Made by a program: the position numbers and the translations under genes | In this document: positions 9,836 to 20,064 of the stretch, piece after piece | Numbering within the stretch: the stretch's first letter is position 1 | Layout of the letters: every line of letters begins with the position of its first letter | DNA from: an uncultured Bacteroidales bacterium | Lineage (GTDB): Bacteria; Bacteroidota; Bacteroidia; Bacteroidales; VadinHA17 | DNA: 64,000 nt | Reading direction: 5' to 3' | Assembly: GCA_963730615.1 (NCBI GenBank) | Contig: CAVSSR010000002.1 | Span: forward strand, 259,748-323,747 | Notes under the pieces: generated by a model | The model's database searches: none | Told to the model about the DNA's origin: nothing | What the model saw: the letters and a program-made list of their open reading frames with translations, nothing else

Positions 9836-12137
9836 ATGAGATCCTGGAAGATAGCAGGGTTTACGGCGACAGTCATTCTGGTCACTGGCGTTTCCGGTAT
9901 ATTTTGCCCGCATGTCTCTTGACAAATCAAAAGGAAAGGCCGAAGAGGGTGTACAGTTTGTGGGGAGAAGCACCTGTATCGAATGCCATAAGAAGGAGGA
10001 CGATCTGTGGCTCGGCTCGCATCACGATCTCGCCATGGATGTAGCTAATGACACAACCGTACTGGGTGATTTCAACAATTATGAGTTCAGGCACAAAGGC
10101 AAGACGCACCGCATGTTCAGGAAGGACGGTAAGTTTTACATCAACACCGAAGGCCCGGCAGGTGTTTTCGGCGATTTCCAGGTCACCCATACATTCGGTT
10201 ACACTCCACTGCAGCAGTACCTGGTGCCTTTCGAAGGCGGACGACTGCAATGTCTTCCCATAGCCTGGGATACTGAACGTGGCAAATGGTTCCACCTTGG
10301 CGATACCGTTTACGCAGGGCAGGATATCAAACCTGACAACTGGCTGTACTGGACCAACCAGGCCCAGAACTGGAACGGCATGTGCGCCGACTGCCATACC
10401 ACAAACCTGAAGAAGAATTACGATCCTGAAGCAAAGACCTTCAACACCACATGGTCGGAGATCGACGTCAGTTGCGAAGCCTGTCACGGTCCTGCCTCGG
10501 ACCATCTCGTCTGGGCGAACCTGCCAGAGGGATCGAGGCCGGCGGATGTAAATACAGGTCTGATCGTCAGAACCAGGGATCTGGATAACAAGGAATTACT
10601 CAATGTATGTGCCCGCTGCCACTCACGCAGGTCGATACTGGGCGATTACGAAGATGACAACAGCGACCTGCTGAACTATATGATCCCCCAACTGATCACT
10701 CAGCCTGTCTATCATGCCGACGGGCAGATCCTTGATGAGGACTATGAGTACGGTTCGTTCACCCAGAGCAAAATGTTTGAAAAGCTGATCAAATGCAGTG
10801 ACTGTCATGACTTACATTCGGTTAAAACCAAGGAGCCTGATAACAAGCTTTGTCTTCAGTGTCATCGCCCGGATATCTATGATACCCGCCGTCATCATTT
10901 TCACAAGCCTGATCCCGGGGCAGGAGAAAACCGCCTGATAAACCGCGGGGAGCCTGAGTATGTGGAAGGTTCCGGAGCCCAGTGCGTTAACTGCCACATG
11001 GTCGGAAGGTATTATATGGGAAACGATTACAGGCGCGATCACAGTTTCAGGATACCCAGTCCTGCAATGACATTGAGTATAGGTACACCCAATGCTTGCA
11101 ATGACTGCCACAAGGATAAGACAACGGTCTGGTCGCAGGGTTACATGCAGAAGTGGTACGGAGAAAAAACGAGGCCTCATTACGGTGAGACCTTCGCAGC
11201 AGCATCTAATGGAGACAGAAGCGTGATACCTGATCTCATCCTGTATGCCGGCAATGAGCTGTTCCCGCTTATGGTGAGGGCTACGGCGGTGCATTTCCTC
11301 GGGACTTTCAACACGGCAGAAAGCAATGATGCAGTTGACAGGGCGCTCAGCGACCCGGCCTCTCTGGTCAGGCATACAGCTATCATGAGCTTTAATTCGA
11401 CTAATGCTGTGTCATATGAAAGGTTGCTGATGCCGCTTCTTAACGACCCTGTAAGGGCAATACGTGCCGAGGCCGGGATAAGGCTCTCGGAGGTTCCGGA
11501 GAACCAGCTGAGTGTACCGGCAAGAAAGGCCAGGAAAGCTGCACTGGAGGAATACAAGGATGTGCACCTTTATACTTCCGACTTCCCGGGAGGACGTTAC
11601 AATCTTGGTATCATGTATGCCAATGCCGGAGAATTGGAGCAGGCTGCCCAATCTTACCGCGAAGCACTGAATATTGACGGGCTCTTTTACATGGCAAAGG
11701 TGAATCTTGCCATGGTGTATGCACAGCAGGGGAAGAATGATGAAGCTGAAAAACTGCTTCGTGAAGTGCTGATTGAAAATCCTGAGATAGCAGAGATAAA
11801 CTACTCTCTAGCCCTTTTGCTGGCCGAAACAGGCAAATATGATGAAAGCAGAAAGTTCTTTCTGAAGGCCGCTGGGCTGATGCCGGCACAACCCCGGATA
11901 TTATATAACCTGGGGTTGCTGGAGAATTCCCTCGGAAACATGGAAGCATCTGAGGGGTATCTGCTTAAAGCGCTGGGCCGCGAGCCTGACAATTTTGATT
12001 TTCTCTATGCCTTAGCCACTTTCTATCTTGAGCATCAGCAAAAAGCCAAAGCCCTGCCATATGCAAGGCAGATAGCTGAGAAATTTCCACAGAATCCTGC
12101 AGGAAATCAATTGCTGGAGGCTGCAAAAAAGCAGTGA
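9836..12137 (+). CDS. octahaem c-type cytochrome with C-terminal TPR repeats (signal anchor separated by one frame break)
   Basis: Eight CxxCH motifs (CIECH, CADCH, CEACH, CARCH, CSDCH, CLQCH, CVNCH, CNDCH), then TPR-like repeats in the last ~180 aa. The main ORF starts at 9912 without a signal. ATG 9836 encodes MRSWKIAGFTATVILVTGVSGIF in another frame; dropping one T in the run at 9902-9905 joins the two. Confidence 0.8.
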
Positions 12138-12158
12138 CATACAATGGCATGTCACTGC
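12131..12158. terminator. bidirectional intrinsic terminator
   Basis: Perfect 10-bp inverted repeat GCAGTGACAT / ATGTCACTGC with 8-nt loop, flanked by AAAAAA upstream and TTTTGG downstream. Lies between convergent genes ending at 12137 and 12165. Confidence 0.7.
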
Positions 12159-12164
12159 TTTTGG

Positions 12165-13184
12165 TTATTCAAAAGGGAAAATCCTTTTGAAATCTTTTTG
12201 CATATCAATTACCAGCCAGTTTTTAAGCTTAGCTTCTTCCAGGGCGGTCTCAAGGTGACCGCTGAGGGTTTTTACATCATAGGCATATTCACGAATACTG
12301 TCAGTATGATGTAGCAATACACAAAGACTCTTGTACTTCGACCCGCTGGTATATTGCATCATGGCCTGGTCGCCGTCACTGTTGCCGCCGCAGAAGACCG
12401 GCACCTTGCCGATGAAACGGTGAATGGCAACAGGTTTGGCAGCCGCATCATCAAGGAATGGCTTTCCTGCTATTTTCATTATGACAGGTGTACCGTCCTT
12501 CAGTTCATAAACCGCCTCCTCATAGCTTCCCACCACCTGGTAGGGCGGGATGCCATAGACCTCCTCTGTCCATGGTCGCATAAAATCTGCGCCGCCACCG
12601 CTGACGATGAACGTTTTAAATTCATGTTCGCGCAGGTACCTCAGCAACTCGAGCATAGGCTGGTAGACCACCTGGCTATAGGGTTTTCCAAAGCGTGGAT
12701 CCAATGTTATGGTGGTCCATCTGTATGCTGCATTGCTGAACTGCTGTTCTGTCATACCGGAGTGGCTGACAGCCATCACTTTCACCAGGCCGGTTTCACC
12801 GATTTTTCCAAGAGAACTCAAGCCGCCCTCAAGTACAGTTTTCAGGACAGGATCTTTTTGCCAGACAGGATTATCTTCAGCCCTTGCCTTCAGGTAATCG
12901 ACTGCAAAGATCAGTTGTGTGGGCACAGGCTGTTCGGGCCATAGTGTGCCGTCATTGTCAAACACGGCAATCCGGTCTTTCACAGGTATGAAGTCGGGTG
13001 AGGCGGTATCTGTCACTGCCTTGACCCAGGATTCAATGGCCTGTCGTGGTGTTTCAGCCCATGAAACCAGCACATCCGCCTGTGCTGCATCTTTCAGAGG
13101 CGTTGCAGGTTGATGATGGCGGCAGGATGAAAGAGACGAAACCAGGATCATAGGAGCCAGAAGGAAAGATATTGTTTTCATCAT
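12165..13184 (-). CDS. HAD-superfamily hydrolase (HAD-IB-like), lipoprotein
   Basis: Lipobox-like SSLSSC and HAD motif I FDNDGTLW. Intact 339 aa. Confidence 0.6.
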   Translation of the reverse strand: MMKTISFLLAPMILVSSLSSCRHHQPATPLKDAAQADVLVSWAETPRQAIESWVKAVTDTASPDFIPVKDRIAVFDNDGTLWPEQPVPTQLIFAVDYLKARAEDNPVWQKDPVLKTVLEGGLSSLGKIGETGLVKVMAVSHSGMTEQQFSNAAYRWTTITLDPRFGKPYSQVVYQPMLELLRYLREHEFKTFIVSGGGADFMRPWTEEVYGIPPYQVVGSYEEAVYELKDGTPVIMKIAGKPFLDDAAAKPVAIHRFIGKVPVFCGGNSDGDQAMMQYTSGSKYKSLCVLLHHTDSIREYAYDVKTLSGHLETALEEAKLKNWLVIDMQKDFKRIFPFE

Positions 13185-13219
13185 TGTATCTTGACTATAA
13201 ATGAGTTAATGATAATGGA

Positions 13220-14830
13220 TTATCTTCCTGTATTTGCGCCTTGTTCAAGAGACTTGAGCACCTGGTCGATATTAAAGCTGGCTGATTTCTGTCTCTGCGG
13301 GTACTCCTTGAAAGTCTGCAGAAACTGGGCAACTACTGTCTGCATCGGCACAAAAGCCCAGAACTTGTCAGTCATCCACCTCGCGGACATGAACGATTCT
13401 GAGTAGTCCTCGAACGGATCCATCCGCAGGTTTATGATCTTGGGGAAGGTCAGCGGAACCGGAGGGCCGGCACTAAACCAATCACCCGGCAGCGCGAAGT
13501 GAGCCTTCCAGTCGCGGACCCTTACGGCGTTCAGATTACCGTTGTCGTCGAAGTAAAAGATCTCATTCCGTTTGCTCGGGCCTGTGCCTGAAAGCATCTG
13601 CCGTTGATCATATCCATCAAGATGAACCTTGAATGGTTTGCCGTTGGCGGTGTACCCTTTCAGAAGCTCTTCCTTGATGTTCGGGTCACCTGCTGCAGCA
13701 ATCAGCGTTGGTGTCCAGTCCTCGTGCGACATGATACCGTTAAAGATTGTGCCGGGTTTAACTGTCCCGGGCCAGCGGACGAGGCAGGGTACGCGCATGC
13801 CGCCCTCCCATGTGCTTCCCTTCTCGCCACGGAAAGGTGTGGTGCCGCCGTCAGGCCAGGTAGCTTTCTCGGCACCATTATCAGTCGTGAAGATCACGAT
13901 GGTATTGTCGGCGATGCCCAGATCTTCGATTTTTTTGAGCAGGGCTCCGACGACGTCATCGAGCTCCGCCATCCCGTCAGCGTACAGACCATACCCCGTC
14001 TTGTCACTGTACTCCGGAGAGAGCCTGGTCCAGACATGCATCCTGGTTGAGTTATGCCAGATGAAGAAAGGCTTGTCTTCTTTTACCGCACGTTCCATGA
14101 ACGAAAGCGCGGCATTGAGGAACTCATTTTCCACTGTCTCCATGCGTTTTTGGGTTATCGGACCTGTGTCCTCTATCGTCTGCTTTCCGACCTTGCCAAA
14201 ACGCGGATCAATGGTTGGATCATCGATATTGGTGGCCTTGGTCCTGAGTGCTCCCCGCGGACCAAATGTCTGCCTGAACTCCGGTGACTTCGGATACTGA
14301 GGATCCTCAGGCTCCTCTTCAGCATTGAGGTGGTAGAGGTTACCGAAGAACTCGTCAAATCCATGTACTGTCGGAAGGAAAACATTCCGGTCTCCGAGGT
14401 GGTTCTTGCCGAACTGCCCGGTGACGTAGCCCTGGTTCTTAAGGAGATCGGCGATGGTCGGATCTTCAGGCTGCAGGCCGAGCGCTGCTCCCGGAAAACC
14501 TACTTTAAGTAATCCGAGACGGAACGGGTGCTGGCCGGTGATAAACGCAGCCCTGCCGGCCGTGCAGCTCTGCTGCCCGTAGTAATCTGTGAAGATCGCT
14601 CCCTCCTTTGCCAGTCTGTCAATGTTGGGAGTCCGGGAACCCATCATACCCATGTTATAGGCGCTGATGTTGCTCCAGCCGATGTCATCACCAAATATTA
14701 CGAGGATATTCGGTCTGCCTGACTGAGCAGGTTTTTTAGCCTGTGCGCCTGCCGTTAAGGTCATTAATGTGCTGATTGTTGCTGTAATCAGCAAAAACGC
14801 AATAAAATGGTTAGATTTTTTCCTCATCAT
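13220..14830 (-). CDS. arylsulfatase (formylglycine type)
   Basis: Signal peptide, PNILVIFGDDIGWSN, signature SCTAGRAAFITG (C-x-A-x-R), TTDNGAE block. Intact 536 aa. Confidence 0.9.
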   Translation of the reverse strand: MMRKKSNHFIAFLLITATISTLMTLTAGAQAKKPAQSGRPNILVIFGDDIGWSNISAYNMGMMGSRTPNIDRLAKEGAIFTDYYGQQSCTAGRAAFITGQHPFRLGLLKVGFPGAALGLQPEDPTIADLLKNQGYVTGQFGKNHLGDRNVFLPTVHGFDEFFGNLYHLNAEEEPEDPQYPKSPEFRQTFGPRGALRTKATNIDDPTIDPRFGKVGKQTIEDTGPITQKRMETVENEFLNAALSFMERAVKEDKPFFIWHNSTRMHVWTRLSPEYSDKTGYGLYADGMAELDDVVGALLKKIEDLGIADNTIVIFTTDNGAEKATWPDGGTTPFRGEKGSTWEGGMRVPCLVRWPGTVKPGTIFNGIMSHEDWTPTLIAAAGDPNIKEELLKGYTANGKPFKVHLDGYDQRQMLSGTGPSKRNEIFYFDDNGNLNAVRVRDWKAHFALPGDWFSAGPPVPLTFPKIINLRMDPFEDYSESFMSARWMTDKFWAFVPMQTVVAQFLQTFKEYPQRQKSASFNIDQVLKSLEQGANTGR

Positions 14831-15048
14831 GTTTTGTATTAGTTAGTATAATTTGAGAAAAAAGATTAACCGAAAGGTTCAGTCTAAAAAGGTATTAAAT
14901 AATATTCACATATATATTTGAAATAATAGAAATAATATACCCGTAAAGGATATTTATTTATTAAAATCAGTAGGGAAATCAGGATCCTGAGGTTGCTAAA
15001 TAGTAAGATGGGAGGTTAATTATTCTTTTAACCACCCCTCCATCATTA

Positions 15049-15525
15049 TTATTTAGGCTTATCCTCCCTGCGCATCAGGAAAAGTGCAAGTGTGAGAATT
15101 AATATTGCACCCGGTAATATCAGTGAATTAAGTGAATGGCCTTCAGGTGTCAGCAAAACATGAAGGCTGAAAATAACCAGGGTAACAAGTATTGCTTCCC
15201 AGATAAGCACTTTCAATCCTTTCAGATCATTGATACGAAGCCATGACGGGACCTGCTCATCGGGGGTCTTGTCAAAAAGGAACAAGCGCGCGATGCCCAG
15301 ACCGAAAATCATAAATATAATTGCAAGCATAAATGCATCAAGGCCATTCATCACATTGAATCCTGCCTTGAATTCTTCATTAGGCATAAATCCATTCTGG
15401 ATATAATACATATAGCCTTTGACAGACATGACAGCACCCCCTATTAAGAAAAAAAGAGAGCTGACAAGCATTATGATTACCACGATAATCATAATGTACC
15501 GGAAGCGAAGCAGTTTCTTAAACAT
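15049..15525 (-). CDS. small integral membrane protein (YqhA/UPF0114-like?)
   Basis: 158 aa with four hydrophobic helices. Loose resemblance to YqhA topology only. Confidence 0.35.
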   Translation of the reverse strand: MFKKLLRFRYIMIIVVIIMLVSSLFFLIGGAVMSVKGYMYYIQNGFMPNEEFKAGFNVMNGLDAFMLAIIFMIFGLGIARLFLFDKTPDEQVPSWLRINDLKGLKVLIWEAILVTLVIFSLHVLLTPEGHSLNSLILPGAILILTLALFLMRREDKPK

Positions 15526-15572
15526 GATGATGTGAATTTAGTTCAATAAAATGACATACACCTCTTTTTAAG

Positions 15573-15622
15573 CAGAAAGCGGGATGAATTCCCTGGTCAG
15601 GTTTTCATGCTCCCGCTTTCTG
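15573..15622. terminator. long-loop hairpin downstream of the sulfatase gene
   Basis: Perfect 12-bp inverted repeat CAGAAAGCGGGA (15573-15584) / TCCCGCTTTCTG (15611-15622) with a 26-nt loop. No strong U-tract on the minus strand. Confidence 0.3.
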
Positions 15623-15678
15623 TTCTGTTGGTTTTCCCTTGTGATTAATTGAGGGAAATCCGTAAAATTATTGTTTTA

Positions 15679-18054
15679 CTATTTCACTTCCACCACCAGT
15701 TTGGGTATTTTCCCATTAAATTTCGATTTGGCTTCAGCGCCGATTCTCTCTACAACGGGTGTGGCCAGGTCAATTCCCACATCAGCCGTTTCATCAGCCG
15801 AGAAGATGCCTGGTTGAGTGCGTTCAATCCTTCCTTCTCCCACTTTTTTATCATCGATATAAATTGTGCCTAAACCGCCTTTACCAATGCCACCTCCATC
15901 GTAAGCAAAATCGAACTTAACAGTATGTTTGCCAGGTGTCAGTTTTTGATTTGCGGACACGGTGAAGCGCTCCATACCAAGGAAATTATAGTCATATGCT
16001 GCCACTCCGTCTTTTACATAAAGAGCCCATCCGCCAAACCGGCCACCCTGTGCAATAAGAATACCGTTTGCTGTCTTACCTGCAGGTATTTCCACATCAG
16101 CTGCAAGTGTAATAGGCCTGTTTTTAATATTGATGAACACATTTTCAGACATGCCTACCATTCCTTCAGCCAGAGTGAGCGATGAGCGACCACCCATGAT
16201 ATCGGGACGATTTACATTTTCTGCGATAATGCGCTCCATGGTACGGTCATCAATGGGTAATACATGGTTCTTTTCCGCCTCTTTCATGAACAGATCCTGC
16301 AACTCTTTCAGTTTTTCAGGGTTCTGGGCTGACAGATCATTTGCAAGGCTGAAGTCATCAGGAGTATAGTAAAGTTCCCAGATGTCTTCAGTTAACGGCC
16401 TCCTTGGTGTGGGTTCCCATGGTGCCCTGTGGATGGTGCGTGCATACCAGCCCTCGCTGTAAATAGCACGGTTACCGGTTATTTCAAAATATTGTGTTAT
16501 GTGTTTTTCTGCGGCGCTGGCATCATTGAATGAATATACCAGGCTGGTTCCGTCCATTGGTCGCTGTTCAATACCGTTTACGATTTTTGGCTCAGGCAAA
16601 GCGGCAGCTTCCAGGATGGTTGGTGCCACGTCAATCACATGGCTGAACTGGGGACGCAGTCCGCCATTGGCTTTGATGCCTTTGGGCCAGCGGATAGCCA
16701 TGCCCACTTTGGTTCCACCAAAGTCCGAACCGACCTGCTTAGTCCACTGGAAAGGTGTATCGAACATTACTGCCCAGCCGGCAGCCATGTGCGGATAGGT
16801 TTCGGGGCCGCCCCACTTATCATATTTTTTGAGCATGTCCTCGACTGTCTCCTGTACACCGTTGAAATAGGTCATCTCGCTGTACATGCCATTAGCGCCA
16901 CCTTCTGAGCTGGTACCATTATCACCATACACAAAAATTATCATGGTATTGTCTGCCTGTCCGGTTTCCTCAACTGCATCCACCAGGCGGCCAATTTCAT
17001 GATCGGTCATATCCAGAAATCCGGCAAACACCTCAGCCTGACGGGTAAACAGCTTCTTCTGATCAGCGGTTAAGCTATCCCATGCCGGAATGGCCTCGGG
17101 TTTTGGTGCCAGTTTAGTGCCCTGGGGAACAACCCCCATTTCGATCTGACGGGCCAGGATTTGCTCGCGCATAACATCCCAGCCTCCGTCGAATTTACCT
17201 TTCCATTTGTCAATGTACTGCTGAGGCACGTGATGCGGGGCATGTGTTGCGCCCGGGGCAAAGTACATGAAATAAGGCCTGTCGGGCGTTAATGCCTTTT
17301 GATATTTCATCCATGCTATGGCCTGATTGGTCATATCGTTCATGAAATGGTAGTTGGGATCCTCCGGTAATTCAACCACATGTGTTCCATCATACACAAA
17401 TGGCGCCCACTGATTGGTTTCTCCTCCGAAAAATCCATAGAACTTATCAAAACCCTGACGGTGCGGCCAACGGTCCATTGGGCCTGAAACACTGGTTTCC
17501 CAGGTTGCCGTTTCGTGCCATTTGCCGAAGGCTCCGGTGCTGTAGCCGTTCAGGCGAAGCATTTCTGCAACGGGAGTGACATTTTGAGGAATTTCGCCTG
17601 TGTTCCCAGGGAAACCTGTTGCCATTTCGGTAATGAATCCCATGTTATTGACCTGGTGGTTGCGTCCGCTTTTAATTGCCGCCCGGGTTGGAGAGCACAC
17701 AGCAGTGGTGTGGAAATTGTTGTAATAAATACCCTCACTGGCGATGCGGTCAAACGTAGGTGTACTTACCGGCCCGCCAAAGGCGCTGGTTCCGGCAAAA
17801 CCCAGGTCATCCACGAGCACCAGGATTACGTTCGGGGCTCCTTCGGGGGCTTTTACTTCGAACCGCTCCGGCATTACTGCATTGCGTACATCCAGTTCAG
17901 TGAAGGTTGGACGGTCAGGCACTTTGATCGGCAGGACCGTTCGGTCGATGCCGTCACCAGAGGCTGTGACAGCCGGCTGGTCTGCTTTCTTCTGGGTGCA
18001 CCCGAAGAGCAGAAGACCGGAGAACAACAATAAAACAAATGATTTCTTTTTCAT
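15679..18054 (-). CDS. large arylsulfatase (formylglycine type), lipoprotein
   Basis: Lipobox LLLFGC, PNVILVLVDDLGF, signature VCSPTRAAIKSGRN, YGDNGTS block. Intact 791 aa with a C-terminal extension. Confidence 0.9.
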   Translation of the reverse strand: MKKKSFVLLLFSGLLLFGCTQKKADQPAVTASGDGIDRTVLPIKVPDRPTFTELDVRNAVMPERFEVKAPEGAPNVILVLVDDLGFAGTSAFGGPVSTPTFDRIASEGIYYNNFHTTAVCSPTRAAIKSGRNHQVNNMGFITEMATGFPGNTGEIPQNVTPVAEMLRLNGYSTGAFGKWHETATWETSVSGPMDRWPHRQGFDKFYGFFGGETNQWAPFVYDGTHVVELPEDPNYHFMNDMTNQAIAWMKYQKALTPDRPYFMYFAPGATHAPHHVPQQYIDKWKGKFDGGWDVMREQILARQIEMGVVPQGTKLAPKPEAIPAWDSLTADQKKLFTRQAEVFAGFLDMTDHEIGRLVDAVEETGQADNTMIIFVYGDNGTSSEGGANGMYSEMTYFNGVQETVEDMLKKYDKWGGPETYPHMAAGWAVMFDTPFQWTKQVGSDFGGTKVGMAIRWPKGIKANGGLRPQFSHVIDVAPTILEAAALPEPKIVNGIEQRPMDGTSLVYSFNDASAAEKHITQYFEITGNRAIYSEGWYARTIHRAPWEPTPRRPLTEDIWELYYTPDDFSLANDLSAQNPEKLKELQDLFMKEAEKNHVLPIDDRTMERIIAENVNRPDIMGGRSSLTLAEGMVGMSENVFINIKNRPITLAADVEIPAGKTANGILIAQGGRFGGWALYVKDGVAAYDYNFLGMERFTVSANQKLTPGKHTVKFDFAYDGGGIGKGGLGTIYIDDKKVGEGRIERTQPGIFSADETADVGIDLATPVVERIGAEAKSKFNGKIPKLVVEVK

Positions 18055-18210
18055 AGAAAAAGTTATTTAAGTACTCATTAATTATTTTGAAAGATCGTAA
18101 TTAAGCCGTGTTAAATTTAAAACTATTTGGTACTGCGGACAATACATATTACCGGGTATTTTATTCTTTAGAACTAATTTTCAATTTATTCATTCATTCA
18201 TTTTTAATTG

Positions 18211-19377
18211 CTAAGCAATCAGATTCAGCACTTTTTTTACCAGTTCAAATAATGGAACTTCGACAAGAACCACAAAGATAAATGGCAAAGCTGTCATAAC
18301 CCATAGCGCTATAAAATCCTTTAATCCGAACGGTACAAATCGCATTTTTAACGTATTATTTATTATGCTGCTGAAGTCAGTAGTAGCTGAATAATCAGGA
18401 ATAGTCAGGTCTTCAGCGGAAACCTTGTCAAAATCCTTTGAGGTCTTCTTCTGAAGCTCTCTGAAAAGGCCATTGGCAAAATCATTGTTTTCAAAAATGG
18501 CCTTATCCCTGGCGTTTATCAGTTTGGAAATAAAAGAAAAAAGGGGCACAGCAAACAGAAGGGTAATAATGACAAAATAAATCAGGAAAGAAATTTTCAA
18601 GTCTGAAACATGAGATCCTCCAATTAGTATTGCATCAATCATTCTTCCGGCCACTGCTGCTGAAATTGCAAAGGCCACGGGTGTAAAATACCGGATGGAA
18701 TAGCCCAGGAAACCCAGCCCTCCGGACAGATCCGGGTGAACTGTGTAAATATTTAAATTGAGTTTTGAAATTTTACGCAGGATTATTGTCCACACAATTA
18801 TGTACATTAACCAGCGATAGAACAGAAAGAGAACAACCGGCCTGCCCACCAGTAAGCTCCACCATCCTGCAAAACTGGGAATAACTTCACCTCCCGTGCT
18901 TAGAGTATTCCAGGTATGGAGCGATAAGTCGGGATTATAAATGAAACCCATAAGCAGGGTGTGTGCATAACAAACAGCAAAAATTGCGAGATCAGTCCAG
19001 CCTGAACTCAGAAACCGGGATTTACGTTGAATGATCTCATCGAAAATGCCCCGCTCCTCGCTTCTTACAATTCCTGATTTAACGAACTGAGCTAATACCA
19101 GGTCCAATTTTGGCAAAATGATTCTCTGGGCGAGTATCAATATTGGCATTGAAATCAAAAGCCGGGTCTGTGTATCGAGGTTTGAAATAAAGGAAGTACT
19201 GACATTGCCTGTCCAGAATGTATGATTAAGAATTGTTATTACCGCCAGGGGCAACCAGCAAACCAAAAGCGGTAAGAGCACCATCAGCAGGGCCGACTTA
19301 CTGCCACTTCCCGTGATGCCGATTCTTTTCAGCATCCTGTTAGAAGCGTAATCTTCAGAATCGAAACTCATATTCAA
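18211..19377 (-). CDS. hypothetical polytopic membrane protein
   Basis: Intact 388-aa ORF with multiple hydrophobic helices. No motif recognised. Confidence 0.45.
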   Translation of the reverse strand: MNMSFDSEDYASNRMLKRIGITGSGSKSALLMVLLPLLVCWLPLAVITILNHTFWTGNVSTSFISNLDTQTRLLISMPILILAQRIILPKLDLVLAQFVKSGIVRSEERGIFDEIIQRKSRFLSSGWTDLAIFAVCYAHTLLMGFIYNPDLSLHTWNTLSTGGEVIPSFAGWWSLLVGRPVVLFLFYRWLMYIIVWTIILRKISKLNLNIYTVHPDLSGGLGFLGYSIRYFTPVAFAISAAVAGRMIDAILIGGSHVSDLKISFLIYFVIITLLFAVPLFSFISKLINARDKAIFENNDFANGLFRELQKKTSKDFDKVSAEDLTIPDYSATTDFSSIINNTLKMRFVPFGLKDFIALWVMTALPFIFVVLVEVPLFELVKKVLNLIA

Positions 19378-19458
19378 ACTCCTTTTTAATCACAATCAAA
19401 CTTAATTCAAATATTGGTTTTTTTGTCCGGTTCATAGTAATTTCCTCAGTGTTAAACC

Positions 19459-19466
19459 TATCTTTG
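19459..19466 (+). promoter_or_regulatory. candidate -7 box TATCTTTG
   Basis: Matches TAnnTTTG, 41 nt upstream of ATG 19507. Confidence 0.35.
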
Positions 19467-19506
19467 TAAATAACGTATCAGCGGAATTAACTAAAACAGA
19501 GCATCT

Positions 19507-19998
19507 ATGAAAAACAGGGTTGGAAAAGGGCTGTTATTTATCATTATGACATTGATGATAGTTTCTTGTCAAACGAGGGATGATAAGAAAGGAACGGCAG
19601 TGATTGACACAGAGCAGGTAAAAAAGGAGATACAGGCAAAGGAGAATGAATTTGCGGAGGTCTACAACACCGGAGAAATGAAAACCATCGGATATTATGC
19701 AGATGATGCAATTACTTTTACTCAAAACTCCCCGGCCATAGTCGGCAAGCCCGCAATAATTGAGTATCTGAAAGCCCATATTGATTCCTTGTCAAAGAAC
19801 AATAAGATATCATTTCAGACCAATGAAGTGTTTGTATCAAACGATGCAAATCAGGTGGTTGAAATTGGCTATTACAGAGTGGTTGACTCTGCCGGGACTT
19901 TAATTAATTCAGGAAATTATATGAGCCTGTTTGTGAAAAGGGATGGCAGATATGTCAGTCTGAGAGATATGAGCGCTTCTGATATTCCGCTCGAGTAA
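19507..19998 (+). CDS. DUF4440 / SnoaL-like (NTF2 fold) lipoprotein
   Basis: Lipobox IVSCQ. YADDAITFTQNSPAIVGKPAIIEYLK pattern is typical of DUF4440. Confidence 0.55.
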   Translation: MKNRVGKGLLFIIMTLMIVSCQTRDDKKGTAVIDTEQVKKEIQAKENEFAEVYNTGEMKTIGYYADDAITFTQNSPAIVGKPAIIEYLKAHIDSLSKNNKISFQTNEVFVSNDANQVVEIGYYRVVDSAGTLINSGNYMSLFVKRDGRYVSLRDMSASDIPLE

Positions 19999-20020
19999 AA
20001 ATATCCGTATAAAGAACAAA

Positions 20021-20056
20021 AAAGGCTATCCTGTCGCGGTAGCCTTTGTTTTTATT
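20021..20056. terminator. bidirectional intrinsic terminator
   Basis: AAAGGCTA (20021-20028) / TAGCCTTT (20040-20047) with 11-nt loop, followed by GTTTTTATT and preceded by ACAAAAA. Lies between convergent genes. Confidence 0.6.
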
Positions 20057-20064
20057 GAAATATC

